Assembly (NCBI RefSeq): GCF_001194135.2
Contig: NC_068998.1
Location: forward strand, 27,033,151 to 27,097,150
Origin: Octopus bimaculoides
Taxonomy: Eukaryota
Direction: 5' to 3'
Length of the DNA stretch: 64,000 bases
A program made the position numbers and the translations under genes. Shown in pieces: positions 52,750 through 64,000 of this stretch (position 1 is its first letter; each line of letters starts with the position of its first letter). Below the pieces are notes generated by a model. It ran no database searches, was not told the DNA's origin, and saw only the letters and a list, made by a program, of their open reading frames with translations.

Positions 52750-52898
52750 GCCGATCGCAGGGTTACCCGTTTACTATTGAGCGGACTGGAGCAACGGGAA
52801 ATGTTTTGTTCAAGAACACAATGCTCAGTTAGTCTGAGAATCGAAACCACGATCTCGTTATCGTAAGTACTACACCCTAATCACTAGGCCACGCTCCT
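52750..52898 (-). mobile_element. tRNA-derived SINE, family E, partial
   Basis: Minus strand GGAGCGTGGCCTAGTGATTAGG (A box)...GTTTCGATTC (B box)...TTGCTCCAGTCC. Confidence 0.75.
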
Positions 52899-53854
52899 TC
52901 ACACACACACACACACACACAAATACACGCACGCACACACACTTACATATACATATATATACATAAGCTTATATAATATGTGTGTGTAAATACGCACACA
53001 CACACACACATACACACACACATATANNNNNNNNNNNNNNNNNNNNNNNNNNNNNNNNNNNNNNNNNNNNNNNNNNNNNNNNNNNNNNNNNNNNNNNNNN
53101 NNNNNNNNNNNNNNNNNNNNNNNNNNNNNNNNNNNNNNNNNNNNNNNNNNNNNNNNNNNNNNNNNNNNNNNNNNNNNNNNNNNNNNNNNNNNNNNNNNNN
53201 NNNNNNNNNNNNNNNNNNNNNNNNNNNNNNNNNNNNNNNNNNNNNNNNNNNNNNNNNNNNNNNNNNNNNNNNNNNNNNNNNNNNNNNNNNNNNNNNNNNN
53301 NNNNNNNNNNNNNNNNNNNNNNNNNNNNNNNNNNNNNNNNNNNNNNNNNNNNNNNNNNNNNNNNNNNNNNNNNNNNNNNNNNNNNNNNNNNNNNNNNNNN
53401 NNNNNNNNNNNNNNNNNNNNNNNNNNNNNNNNNNNNNNNNNNNNNNNNNNNNNNNNNNNNNNNNNNNNNNNNNNNNNNNNNNNNNNNNNNNNNNNNNNNN
53501 NNNNNNNNNNNNNNNNNNNNNNNNNNNNNNNNNNNNNNNNNNNNNNNNNNNNNNNNNNNNNNNNNNNNNNNNNNNNNNNNNNNNNNNNNNNNNNNNNNNN
53601 NNNNNNNNNNNNNNNNNNNNNNNNNNNNNNNNNNNNNNNNNNNNNNNNNNNNNNNNNNNNNNNNNNNNNNNNNNNNNNNNNNNNNNNNNNNNNNNNNNNN
53701 NNNNNNNNNNNNNNNNNNNNNNNNNNNNNNNNNNNNNNNNNNNNNNNNNNNNNNNNNNNNNNNNNNNNNNNNNNNNNNNNNNNNNNNNNNNNNNNNNNNN
53801 NNNNNNNNNNNNNNNNNNNNNNNNNNNNNNNNNNNNNNNNNNNNNNNNNNNNNN

Positions 53855-54720
53855 CTACCAATATCATCTATTGCATCTCCTGCTCTCTCTTCCATTCTCT
53901 GTACATCGGACAAACGGAACACCGCTTGGCTGACCGGTTCGCGGAACACCTCTGAGAATCCGCTTTGGCAATGACACCCCGGTCTCACGCCATTTCCGCT
54001 CTACCGGTCACTCTTTGCAACACCTGTCCGTGTTAGGATTGTCCTTGCACAGGGGCCATCAGGACTCCCGTTTGCGCCGTGAACGGGAATTAATCTTCTC
54101 TCTTCGCTCCTTTGCGCCACATGGGCTCAACTCTCCTCCCCACTTCATCTTACCTCTCTCCCCTTACCTCTCTCCCCTTACCTCTTTCCCCTTACCTCTC
54201 TCCCCTTACCCCTCTCCCATTACCTCTCTCCCCTTACCTCTCTCCCCTTACCTCTCTCCCCTTACCTCACTCCCCTTACCTCCTACTACCTCTCACCCAC
54301 CTCTCCTCTCTTGCTCTGACACTACACCATACCACACAACACATCACATTACAACACATCACCACGCACACACCAGCACTGACCAATTCCCATCCCCACA
54401 TTTTCACACCTACACATATACACACGCACAAGTCAAGATCATCAGCCCTCTTTCACACGCACATACATACTCTCTTACACACACGTGCACCTTCGTTTTG
54501 GGATCACTACTATTTTGTTATCTCCCCTTCTTAGCTCTCTTGTGTGACCCTTCTGTCCAGCATTCGCCATGATAGATCGCTAAACACTACACAGATTTTT
54601 TCTCTCCTTGTTTCTTTCTGTGTTCCTTTCTGTGGGAGAGCGTAGGCTCCAAACGTTAAAGACTTCTTCAATTCCCAAGCGTTATACTAATACATCTGTT
54701 TGTTTTCTACACCACTTGTC
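53855..54720 (+). mobile_element. Penelope-like element 3' end: GIY-YIG endonuclease, pyrimidine minisatellite and pseudo-LTR
   Basis: TNIIYCISCSLFHSLYIGQTEHRLADRFAEHL*/IRFGNDTPVSRHFRSTGHSLQHLSVLGL...RERELIFSLRSFAPHGLN, with only one stop and an adjacent 1-nt frameshift. Followed by CCCCTTACCTCTCT-type repeats and a degenerate hammerhead-like motif at 54626-54663. Confidence 0.88.
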
Positions 54721-54795
54721 TTTGTCTTTTGTTTTTTTGTGAATTCTCCCTACATATATGTGTGTGTGTGTGTGTGTGTGTGTACATATATGTAG

Positions 54796-54838
<43 letters not shown>

Positions 54839-55239
54839 CACACACGCTCACACACACACACATACATATGCGCGCGGACACATGTGCAAAACGAGGTGGA
54901 GAAAATATCACTCAAATTCCAATACATCTTTTTTAAGCTGAAAAGATTTAACAAATTGTTATTCGGAGTTTCATATAGCCGATCATAGGAGAGTCGTGAA
55001 TATTTTAACACTACTGTAGTTTATAAGCGTTTATAAACAGTGCAGTGATAATTATTTAGTAACTCATCAAATAAACATTAAAACTTATTGGACAGAGTAT
55101 TATTACTCTTCCAAATAGCATGAATCTATTGGATTAAAATCTTTGAACATTCATAAGAAAAATATAAACATTAAAGAAAAACGAGTTGAAATGGAAATAA
55201 CTAAATAACATAAATCAACTAATAAACTTTGGAAAATAG

Positions 55240-56440
55240 TGTAATAATTGCTAAAGCATACGCGTCCGTCAGTGACCCGAACATTCTGCACTCCTGAAAA
55301 TCATTACAGGCTTTTAACAGTTCTCCTTTGATTAACACAAAACGGTAATGAATTGTTCGATGAAGCCATAGATGTGTATAACAGACCAGAATTATGTATG
55401 TTAGTTGGAACATATATTCTGGATTGTTTACATACAGAACTCTCATATTCAAGTGCGGGTGTATATAAATATGATGGCCTGGTAAATTATTCTCTTAAGC
55501 CTATCGAGCATGAAGTCGATAGGCTTTGGAAGGATTTTATTGCCTTCTTCCTGTGTATGGCTTTAAGAATCGCGATTGACACGAATCTTAGTAGTATATA
55601 CTTTTTTATATCACTTTAGGTCTACATAACAGTTGTTGGCCTTATCGTAATCCTAATGAAAGACAATTTTATATTAATAAGGATTCCAATCACCTACCCT
55701 ATATAATTAAAAACATTGTCTGTAACATAGTTAGTTCTCTTTGTCATAGGTTGAGACGGCTGTTAACACGGCCTCTTCTTGCTACAAGTATGCCCTTGGA
55801 AATAGCAGATTCTCCGAGCAGATTCATTACGTTGGCGGTGAAAATAGTCCCAGATCTTGCAAAACTAGAAACATTTTGTTGTTCATCCCAACATTTAGCA
55901 TGAATGTCAAAGGAAACGTAACTAGAGAATTTTAAAATTTAATATCTTGACATTTCCCCAGGTGCCGTAAGTATTACGGAATATTTAACGGCAGAATTCT
56001 GGAAGTTAGCTATTCTTGCCGTAAAAACTTTGTTTCGTTTGTTAGCAAGCATAATATGAGTAGACTCGATAATATGATGACAGCCTAAGTGTAAATGTAA
56101 AGATTTTGTAACTGCCTTCTGAATGATAATTTTATGATCAAAGGAGTTGTATATAAAGCTAAGGACCAGGTTAATAATAGCCCAACATATAAAACTTACA
56201 CCGGAGTTACAGAAACAGCTTTTAGATGATATTTTATCTATATAAATATTCCTTTATATATCTAGAAAATAGGCCATTGACTAGTTCATCTAAACATGTG
56301 TGGCATTTGAAAGAAACTGCTTCTGCTGTTGTAGGCATTCTTCGAAATTTCTGTTCGAGGCCTTTGCCACTGAATGATTAATATATTAATATATTATTTA
56401 TTGCCATATCTCATTATACAAATGTTTTACTGCTTTTAAC
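55240..56440 (+). mobile_element. Penelope-like (Naiad-like) RT plus GIY-YIG relic
   Basis: ORF 55353-55619: FDEAIDVYNRPELCMLVGTYIL...GVYKYDGL...DRLWKDFI..F...LRIAIDTNL. Then PYRNPNE..FYINKDSNH.PYIIKNI; F.PTFSMNVK.NV.REF; CKCK..NCLLN...IKGVVYKA...YTGVTE...SKHVWHLKE. Confidence 0.85.
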
Positions 56441-56535
56441 ATAACCTCGAATATGTTAGATATGTTTTCTTATTTTTTTGTAATTTTGAACAAGAATTGT
56501 TCCCTTCGATCTTATATAGTTTTAAAAGATAATTT

Positions 56536-57122
56536 GGATCTATTTTAAAACGGGGGCCACATTTTTCATTAATGTTTTACGTAGTGTTTTTGGTACGGAA
56601 AGACTTTCAAACTTCGTATACTTATCTATTTTGTGTTATAGAACAGAAAAATATTTTTGTATTCGAATTTATTTCATGTAAAAAATTGTCTTATTTCGAT
56701 AATTTCAACCAATCACTGACAAGTATTCAGTCGTTTACATTTACTCCTTTGGCTGATTAAGCGATGTAAAGCGTATTTAATCTCCATACCTTCGTTTTAT
56801 TTGCTTTTTTCATTTTAAATTTGCTTTAACCCTAACCCTAACCCTAACCCTAACCGTAGGGTTAGGGTTAGGGTTAGGGTTAATTGTTTCAGAATCGTTT
56901 GTTTATGTAGTCGGCACTTAATGTATATCGGCTGAATGGACGTCAGTGATTGGTTGAAATTACAGAAATACGACAACTTTAACATGGAATAACTTATGGA
57001 TTTCTTTTTTTTTTAAAGAAGACTAAGAGAAAAAGATGTTTTATATGACACATTCTACCAGTGTTCCAAGTTTCAAAGTGTTTCGTTAATGAAAAATGTG
57101 GCCCCCGTTTTAAAAAAGATCC
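56536..57122. mobile_element. MITE-like element with >=37-bp TIRs and an internal inverted telomeric repeat
   Basis: GGATCTATTTTAAAACGGGGGCCACATTTTTCATTAA (56536-56572) versus 57086-57122: 36/37 complementary. Confidence 0.8.
56827..56882. repeat. Inverted telomeric repeat (TAACCC)4 TA-ACCG-TA (GGGTTA)4
   Basis: Perfect 26-bp arms with a 4-nt ACCG loop; four GGG tracts on each strand. Confidence 0.95.
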
Positions 57123-57369
57123 GATAATTTTTCTTTTTGTTTCATCTTTATCGTTAGGAAGACCTTTTATCGACTATGTTATAGGTTATACTCACGTTTA
57201 TTGTGTCATATTATTCAAAATTTGTGTTACAAGCAGCTCTATAATGTAAAGACGAGCCATGTTAAAAGCAGTGTATACTTCAACGCTATAGGAAACGAAC
57301 CGCCTCGGGGGTGAACGAGAACGTCAGATATTGAAATTTGGCAGTCTTTTCTGCTTATCGATTAAATTA

Positions 57370-57587
57370 TATTGTTTTCAAATTTTGGTATTAGGGCAGT
57401 AATCTCGAGTGAGTGGGTAAATCGATTACATCGACCCCAGAGTTCAACTGGTACTTATTTTATCGACCCAGAAAAGATGAAGGACAAATTCGACCTCGGC
57501 GAAATTTGAACTTACAACGTAAAGGCAGACGAAATGAAGCTAAGTATCTTGCTCGGCGTGCTAACTATTCTACCAGCTAGCCGCCTT
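57370..57587 (-). mobile_element. SINE family C
   Basis: ATCGATTACATCGACCCCAG...CAACTGGTACTTATTTTATCGACCC...GACCTCGGCGAAATTTGAAC...CCAGCTAGCCGCC. Confidence 0.85.
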
Positions 57588-58249
57588 ATATATTGCTTTA
57601 TATTATATTGTATTGTATTATATTATATCATATTATATTATATTACTCATTTTTTTATATCACTTCTACGTTGAATTAATTGGATTGGTTGTTTACATAT
57701 TTTCCGATATATTTTTCTATGTCCTTACACATTTCGTAATTAAACTTCGGCTGTTTATTTTGATCGGTCTTTTTCTATGCCTGTATGTCGAGTTTTTGGA
57801 GTTTTTTTTTCCTTCCTTCACACCCTACAGTGAGAATATCTTTAGATCTTTATCGAATTTCTCTATCTAATGCATACTTTCTAATCGCTTCTATCTCCCT
57901 GCATCATACTTGTTTATCCCTATTTGATACAAATTGTCAATTGGAACTTATAGCATCTCTTCACTTAGTTCCCATCCTCTCTACTTTTCCTCTCTTTTCT
58001 CCTCTCCTATGTTTTCTCTCTCTTCCCTGCTTGTTATAGACCACCCACAATGAATGTATGTTTATCTTTTATCTTTAACATATTTCTCTTATTAGACTGC
58101 TTCCATGCTGAAAGTATTATGAATTATGAATAGTGAATGACGAGATAACCCATTCTGAACAAATTTTTCTGTTTCCCATGTCTGTTAGTTTGTCAGTGTA
58201 AGAACACATTTTCTCAATTCTGAGGTGATATTGAAAATGAATATTAACT

Positions 58250-58620
58250 TTCAAGTGATATTCAAAACGAAATCATTTAATTGTATAATTGTTACAAGTG
58301 AAGGTGTAATTAAGCCAATGATCGAAAAAAACAGCATTTGTTGCTGTTTTGCTTGGTGAAACTACAGACCTTCGAATGAAATCTTAACTGTTACACGTTT
58401 TGCGATTTGTTGATGAGAAGGAAAGGCTTCAAGAAAGGCTTAGGGGATAAGTTGATGTCAGTAAAGACAGAAAAGCTGCATCACTGACAGAAGTTGTACA
58501 TTGTTATACACATTCACTTAATTTGGCACTCTCCCAATCAACTTGAAGAGTTCGTGAATATCGAATTTTATTCCAGACTTTAAAAAGAATTTCACCTTTT
58601 TTCTCAAAGTCGACGGCTTG
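58250..58620 (+). pseudogene. hAT-superfamily transposase relic with an internal deletion
   Basis: SSDIQNEII*...FVAVLLGETTDLRMKS*LLHVLRFVDEKERLQERLRG*VDVSKDRKAASLTEV|VHCYTHSLNLALSQS...RILFQTL...FFSKS (cf. DETTD...VLRYVD...ERF.GF.DVS and HCYAHRLNL). Confidence 0.82.
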
Positions 58621-59597
58621 AAAAGCCCCGCGATGAAATCGTAGGAAGGTGATTTCCAAAGTTATATGTATGTTTCTCGTGTCTTACTACTTCAAAACGG
58701 TGCATTGTAGAGGGAAACTATTTTTATTTTGAGACTCCTCATATCTCAAAGTGTATATTATACTACACTTTTCACGGAAAACAGGGTAGGATGGAACACT
58801 CGGAACCCCGCTCCCAACTTCAGCGGGGCGGGGGCTGCATGCCCTACTTTGCTGGTTACCTTTTGCCACTGATATATATATATATATAACACCCACCACT
58901 CAAACACCACCACACCACCACACTTTATCCCACTATCCTACACCACTCTACACACACTAGCACTGATCACTTCCCAGCAACCACACCACACATCATCATC
59001 CGCACACCCACACACCGTCTTCCACACACACACGCACACATCCACACACGCCAAAGTCACTAGCCCCAATCCACACACACACACTTACACATTCTCACGT
59101 ACACACACATGCGCGCGCNNNNNNNNNNNNNNNNNNNNNNNNNNNNNNNNNNNNNNNNNNNNNNNNNNNNNNNNNNNNNNNNNNNNNNNNNNNNNNNNNN
59201 NNNNNNNNNNNNNNNNNNNNNNNNNNNNNNNNNNNNNNNNNNNNNNNNNNNNNNNNNNNNNNNNNNNNNNNNNNNNNNNNNNNNNNNNNNNNNNNNNNNN
59301 NNNNNNNNNNNNNNNNNNNNNNNNNNNNNNNNNNNNNNNNNNNNNNNNNNNNNNNNNNNNNNNNNNNNNNNNNNNNNNNNNNNNNNNNNNNNNNNNNNNN
59401 NNNNNNNNNNNNNNNNNNNNNNNNNNNNNNNNNNNNNNNNNNNNNNNNNNNNNNNNNNNNNNNNNNNNNNNNNNNNNNNNNNNNNNNNNNNNNNNNNNNN
59501 NNNNNNNNNNNNNNNNNNNNNNNNNNNNNNNNNNNNNNNNNNNNNNNNNNNNNNNNNNNNNNNNNNNNNNNNNNNNNNNNNNNNNNNNNNNNNNNNN

Positions 59598-59627
59598 ACG
59601 TTTCGGGCGGAGCCCTTCGTCGGAAAC
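59598..59627 (-). ncRNA. Minimal hammerhead ribozyme motif (CCGACGA core), 3' part lost in a gap
   Basis: Minus strand gttt-CCGACGA-a-gggc-tcc-gccc-GAAA-cgt, followed by Ns. Confidence 0.6.
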
Positions 59628-59771
59628 AAGGAAAGTTCAAAGAAGGGAAAAACGAAGGAAGAAAAAATCAGCACCGATGTCCACGAGGTTACATGGTATA
59701 TATATATACGACAAGCTTCTTTCAGTTTTCGTCTACCAAATACACATATATATATATATATGTATGTATGT

Positions 59772-59940
59772 ATGTATACGGCTGGCTTCTTTCAATTTCC
59801 GTCTACCAAATCCATTCACAAGACTTCAGTCGGCCTGCGGCTATTGTAGAAGACACTTGCCCAATGTGTCACGCAGTGAGACTGAACCTAAAACCATATG
59901 GCTGAGAAGCAAGCTTCTTACCGCGAAGTCACGCCTGCAC
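59772..59940 (-). mobile_element. SINE family B, 5' part
   Basis: TTTCCGTCTACCAAATCCA...GCTATTGTAGAAGACACTTGCCCAA...GACTGAACC. Confidence 0.85.
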
Positions 59941-60205
59941 CTACTATTAATATTGATGTCTTTGTCTGGCCATATATTTGTAGAAAATGGGAGCCAGGTA
60001 GCTGAATAGACCTTAGTATATTGCTGATATATATTTTGTCGGCGACGGAACGCAAGAAGGTATGGTCGACCTCTGCTGATTATAACCAAATTGCTTTACG
60101 TTTTTCTTTTATCATTTACTGTTTCAGTCATTAAACTGAGTTCATGCTAGGGCACCGCCTTGAAGGGTTTAAAAAATAGGCAGACATACAGACAGACAGA
60201 CACAC

Positions 60206-60245
<40 letters not shown>

Positions 60246-60277
60246 GTATATGCACGCGTATATGTATAATATATACA

Positions 60278-60313
<36 letters not shown>

Positions 60314-60477
60314 NNNNNNNNNNNNNNNNNNNNNNNNNNNNNNNNNNNNNNNNNNNNNNNNNNNNNNNNNNNNNNNNNNNNNNNNNNNNNNNNNNNNNNN
60401 NNNNNNNNNNNNNNNNNNNNNNNNNNNNNNNNNNNNNNNNNNNNNATATATATATATATATATATATAAATGTATGA

Positions 60478-60632
60478 CTGGCTTCCATACAGTTTCCATC
60501 TACCAATTTTACTCTCAAAACATTGGTCGGTCCGAAGCTATAGTAGAAGACACTTGTGTCTAGGGTGCAGTGCAATGGGACCGAACCCGTGACCACGAAG
60601 GTGCAAAACGAATTTCTAAACTACTCAGCCAC
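60478..60632 (-). mobile_element. SINE family B, 5' part
   Basis: CAGTTTCCATCTACCAA...GCTATAGTAGAAGACACTTG...GGGACCGAACCC...ACTCAGCCAC. Confidence 0.8.
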
Positions 60633-63469
60633 ACCTATACTAAGAAATAATTATCTATTGCAAGTTGCTGTCAATGGAATGATAAACTTCTCTAAAATAA
60701 TACAGAATAAGGAAAAAAAGACATTTTGGAAACATGTATTGTTTCTTTGTTCTCTCAATTTATAAGTAAACGAGCAATCAGTAATTTTCTTTTTCTTAAT
60801 ATCTGTGAATATCTTCTTAATCTCCTGCGTAGTTGAACTTTCTATCATCAAACAGTGTTCCAAATAGTAGTTATTGAACGCTAATTTACGCGATGATCAT
60901 GCGATTATAGCAGCAAAAATTATGTAGTTACTTGTGGATACGTATTTGGAAGTGAATATACTAGACTATGAAGCCTATGTTAACATTTATTGTTTCTATG
61001 CTAAAGTTTAGTCATAGCAACATCAATAATTACTTAAAACGTAGTGATGGAATTTAATGATTCATTATAATTACAATGATGTATACTGTACATCCAACTA
61101 TATATCATTGAAAGAAAACTGAAATAGAAACACGACAGTAGTAAACATGATTGAAATTTAAATAGATAAATCATTATAGTCTTCATCGTCATCATCATCA
61201 TCATAATCATCATCATTTGCAGCAGCGGTAGCAGCAGCAAACATATTCTAGCTACAGGTTTTCTTCTCAACATTCAAAGAGAACAAGAGTCACGCTTTAC
61301 ATTTTCCTTTATACATTGCCTCTTAAAGAGAGAAAAAAAAATCAATGACACAGTATTAGCAATAGTCAGATATCTATCTCAAAGATACGTACTTACGCAC
61401 ATCATGCGTACACTCGTGCATACGTAAGTACATATAAGCATACGCATATACACACATGCGTACATGTATTCAAAATTACATGCACGCCATACATGTACAT
61501 ACACATAAAAGTTTCTTTAGAAAAGGCTGACATGCATTATATTCCATGAGGCAGTGGAGCGGTGATGTACTGCAAGTTACTCCAAGGATTCAGGGTACAT
61601 ACCTACCTACCTACCTACATACATACATACATACATACATACATACATACATACATACATACATACTACATACATACATACATAATCGCCGACACGTACA
61701 CAAATGAAGCAACATTTCTATCAACAGCCTACCTATTTCTCTGATATCTGACGAGAAATGCAATGAGTTGTTAGACTTGAATGAAAATACATCCCATGAT
61801 AGAATTTGTAACAAGAAATGTATAACCAAGGAAAATAACATCTTGATTTAAAAAAAAAAAACTATGGAAAGCTTATTTAATCAAAAACTTGGAGGACAAA
61901 TACTTGCCCTATCAGCAGAAAGTTATGCGTGATTACAAATTTCACATGCTACAGGATACTTATGACATTTACAGGATCAAGCAGATCCTCCTGAATTTCT
62001 GATAGATACCTCAGATCTCACTTCGAAGCCTATACCTTCGCTATTCAGAAACAGGAGACGACGGTTGACAAATACAGACGCACACATATGAACACACAAA
62101 TGTCTGGCGCTGTTTGACTTACAAGAAAAACCTTCTCGCGTGATTATCTTTTCTTTCAAAAAACATAAGAAGTCTGTTCTTAACATTTATCTATTATACA
62201 CATGAAAGCAACACAAGTCTGTAAAAGAAAGACAACAGCTACAACTGTTTGTATTATCCTTAAGAGTAGTATTGTAGGAAACAACATATCCTAAAACTGG
62301 AGACATATTTCAAGACTTAATGCCTGCAACATAATGGACCCCGCTAAAGTCACCCAAAAACCTAAATAGTAGTGTTAAACAGAGAGCTGGGTTAAGTCCA
62401 CCGTTCACGAACAAGTACAACCTATCAACTCAATTTTAGTCACAATACTTCATTCAACTCGAAACTAGAGTTGAATTCACATTCCCCCAATAAAGCGCTG
62501 CGCTGCTATCGAACCTTTAACCATGTGATTACGACAGAAAACTTCTTTACCACATCACCGTTGTCTATGCTCAGTAAGGCAAACGGGGGTGGAAAGCAAT
62601 GCTTCTCTTTTCATGGAGATCAGCTACAAAGCAGGTGTGGGGGTGGGGGCAATATCTCGTCCAAATTTCTCGAGAGACAGCCATACAAACAGAGAATCTG
62701 CAATTTGTTTATCCACTCACTATCTAGATTTATGATTTGNNNNNNNNNNNNNNNNNNNNNNNNNNNNNNNNNNNNNNNNNNNNNNNNNNNNNNNNNNNNN
62801 NNNNNNNNNNNNNNNNNNNNNNNNNNNNNNNNNNNNNNNNNNNNNNNNNNNNNNNNNNNNNNNNNNNNNNNNNNNNNNNNNNNNNNNNNNNNNNNNNNNN
62901 NNNNNNNNNNNNNNNNNNNNNNNNNNNNNNNNNNNNNNNNNNNNNNNNNNNNNNNNNNNNNNNNNNNNNNNNNNNNNNNNNNNNNNNNNNNNNNNNNNNN
63001 NNNNNNNNNNNNNNNNNNNNNNNNNNNNNNNNNNNNNNNNNNNNNNNNNNNNNNNNNNNNNNNNNNNNNNNNNNNNNNTACATACCTACATCTACCTGTA
63101 TATATAGATGCATATCTGGGTACAGGACGTTGCAAACAAAACGTAGACAAAATGATAAACAGAGTACAGAAAACACACAGGCCACATAGAGAACATTTCC
63201 TTCATCAGCTGCCACCATTCTAACACTGGCGTTTCGAAGAGTTAGGGCAGGACGCATCGTTAAAATGGTTCTTCCCACGGACCACAAATTAAATTTGTAC
63301 CTACATATATATATATATAGGTTATGAGCGGTAGTGGTGTCAATTAGACTCAGAGGTTTCAGGTAATGCTGAGCAAGTGCTATGGACAGACCATAGTTCA
63401 GCTCCAGGTTCGGTGATTATGCGAATAAGGGGTCCAACGTAGGTCATATATCACCGTATGTTTATAAGG

Positions 63470-63700
63470 ATTTACTTTTCGTAATGAGATAAAAAAAACC
63501 AAGGCAGTGTATATTTTAGAACATTTATAAAGAGAAGGTCTTACAGCTGTTTCAAGGATAGTTATTATATCCCTTCATCGGAGACGGTGTGAGAGGATGG
63601 TTAAGTAATAGTTAATTTAGATAAGATAGGAAATAGAGAGTGAATTGGAGGAACGAAAATAGATGTGAGATATTCAGGGATATTGTATTTGTAAATCCAT
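63470..63700 (-). mobile_element. PLE pseudo-LTR
   Basis: Reverse complement aligns with ~44950-45160, including the TTAACCATC..., hammerhead, TTATAAATGT and GCCTTGGTTTTT..ATCTCATT blocks. Confidence 0.75.
63538..63585 (-). ncRNA. Minimal type I hammerhead ribozyme (U4C core variant, intact GUA cleavage triplet)
   Basis: Minus strand gtct-CCGATGA-agggata-taataac-tatcctt-GAAA-cagctg-TA-agac: stems I and II pair, and stem III is the palindrome ACAGCTGT. Confidence 0.8.
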
Positions 63701-63850
63701 TGTTTAGGTAGAATGGTATGCATATAAGGTTACAATACCTTGTGAGTAAAATCCAACGGTCTTTGAAATTAGTCATTCCAAATACAGAGTTTATACAGTG
63801 TAATTGAATCAAGAGTTCTGTTTAAAGTAACCTAAAAGTAAGGTCGATAT

Positions 63851-63902
<52 letters not shown>

Positions 63903-64000
63903 TTGTGTGTGTATGTGTGTGTGTGTGTATGTGTGTGTGTGTGTGTGTGTGTGGCCTGTGTGTTTTCTGTGCTCTGTTTATGTTCTGTTTTTCATTTTGT

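Larger units (their letters stand above)
1..64000. repeat. Dense microsatellites: (CA)n, (TA)n, (CT)n, (ATT)n, (AGT)n, (GTT)n, (GAA)n, (ATAC)n, (AGAT)n, (GAAA)n; many flank N gaps
   Basis: Directly visible, e.g. (GT)n 6030-6094, (ATT)n 8664-8755, (AGT)n 10146-10223, (GAA)n 29776-29866, (AGAT)n 60208-60244. Confidence 0.99.

Noticed and set aside
53950-53965. In-frame TGA in GIY-YIG as possible selenocysteine (reported for some Naiad PLEs)
   Set aside because: The position corresponds to Arg rather than Cys and is adjacent to a frameshift. It is best explained as CpG decay.
56827-56882. Telomere-telomere fusion scar
   Set aside because: The polarity is C-rich then G-rich, opposite to a fusion. 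The tract is short and lies inside a TIR-bounded element.
61974-62093. Possible terminal exon DQADPPEFLIDTSDLTSKPIPSLFRNRRRRLTNTDAHI*
   Set aside because: Weak acceptor context and no recognisable homology. NRRRR alone does not indicate a homeodomain.
1935-63287. Long ORFs in the supplied track (poly-X, CVCV, HTHT, poly-L/I/S/V/N)
   Set aside because: They run through N gaps or microsatellites and are not evidence of coding.

Overview
This is eukaryotic animal DNA: AT-rich, microsatellite-dense, from a gapped short-read assembly with N gaps usually flanked by simple repeats. The SINE families resemble those I associate with Octopus (coleoid cephalopod), but that assignment is from recall, not a database search. 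No protein-coding gene could be confidently identified; there is only one weak candidate exon at 26911-27098 (+). Most long ORFs in the track are artefacts of N gaps or microsatellites. The window is a graveyard of transposable elements. It holds four tRNA-type SINE families, RTE LINEs (one near full-length but degraded), five R4/Dong-like LINE fragments and a CRE-like LINE 3' end. It also holds a ~3.1 kb Helitron Rep/helicase relic, pogo and hAT transposase relics, several Penelope-like (PLE) fragments and several MITE/foldback elements. The most interesting signals are: (1) minimal hammerhead ribozyme motifs in PLE pseudo-LTRs; (2) a head-to-tail stack of Dong fragments with an unclassified non-tRNA ~500 bp element at (TAA)n microsatellites; (3) a MITE carrying an internal inverted telomeric (CCCTAA)4-(TTAGGG)4 hairpin; (4) a SINE body with two different 3' tails; (5) a perfect 28-bp palindrome beside the candidate exon; and (6) a ~1.8 kb degenerate TGATCA-based array. 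I found no CRISPR, rRNA or genuine tRNA genes, and nothing I can claim outright as a new biological system. All translations and alignments were done by eye, and boundaries are approximate.
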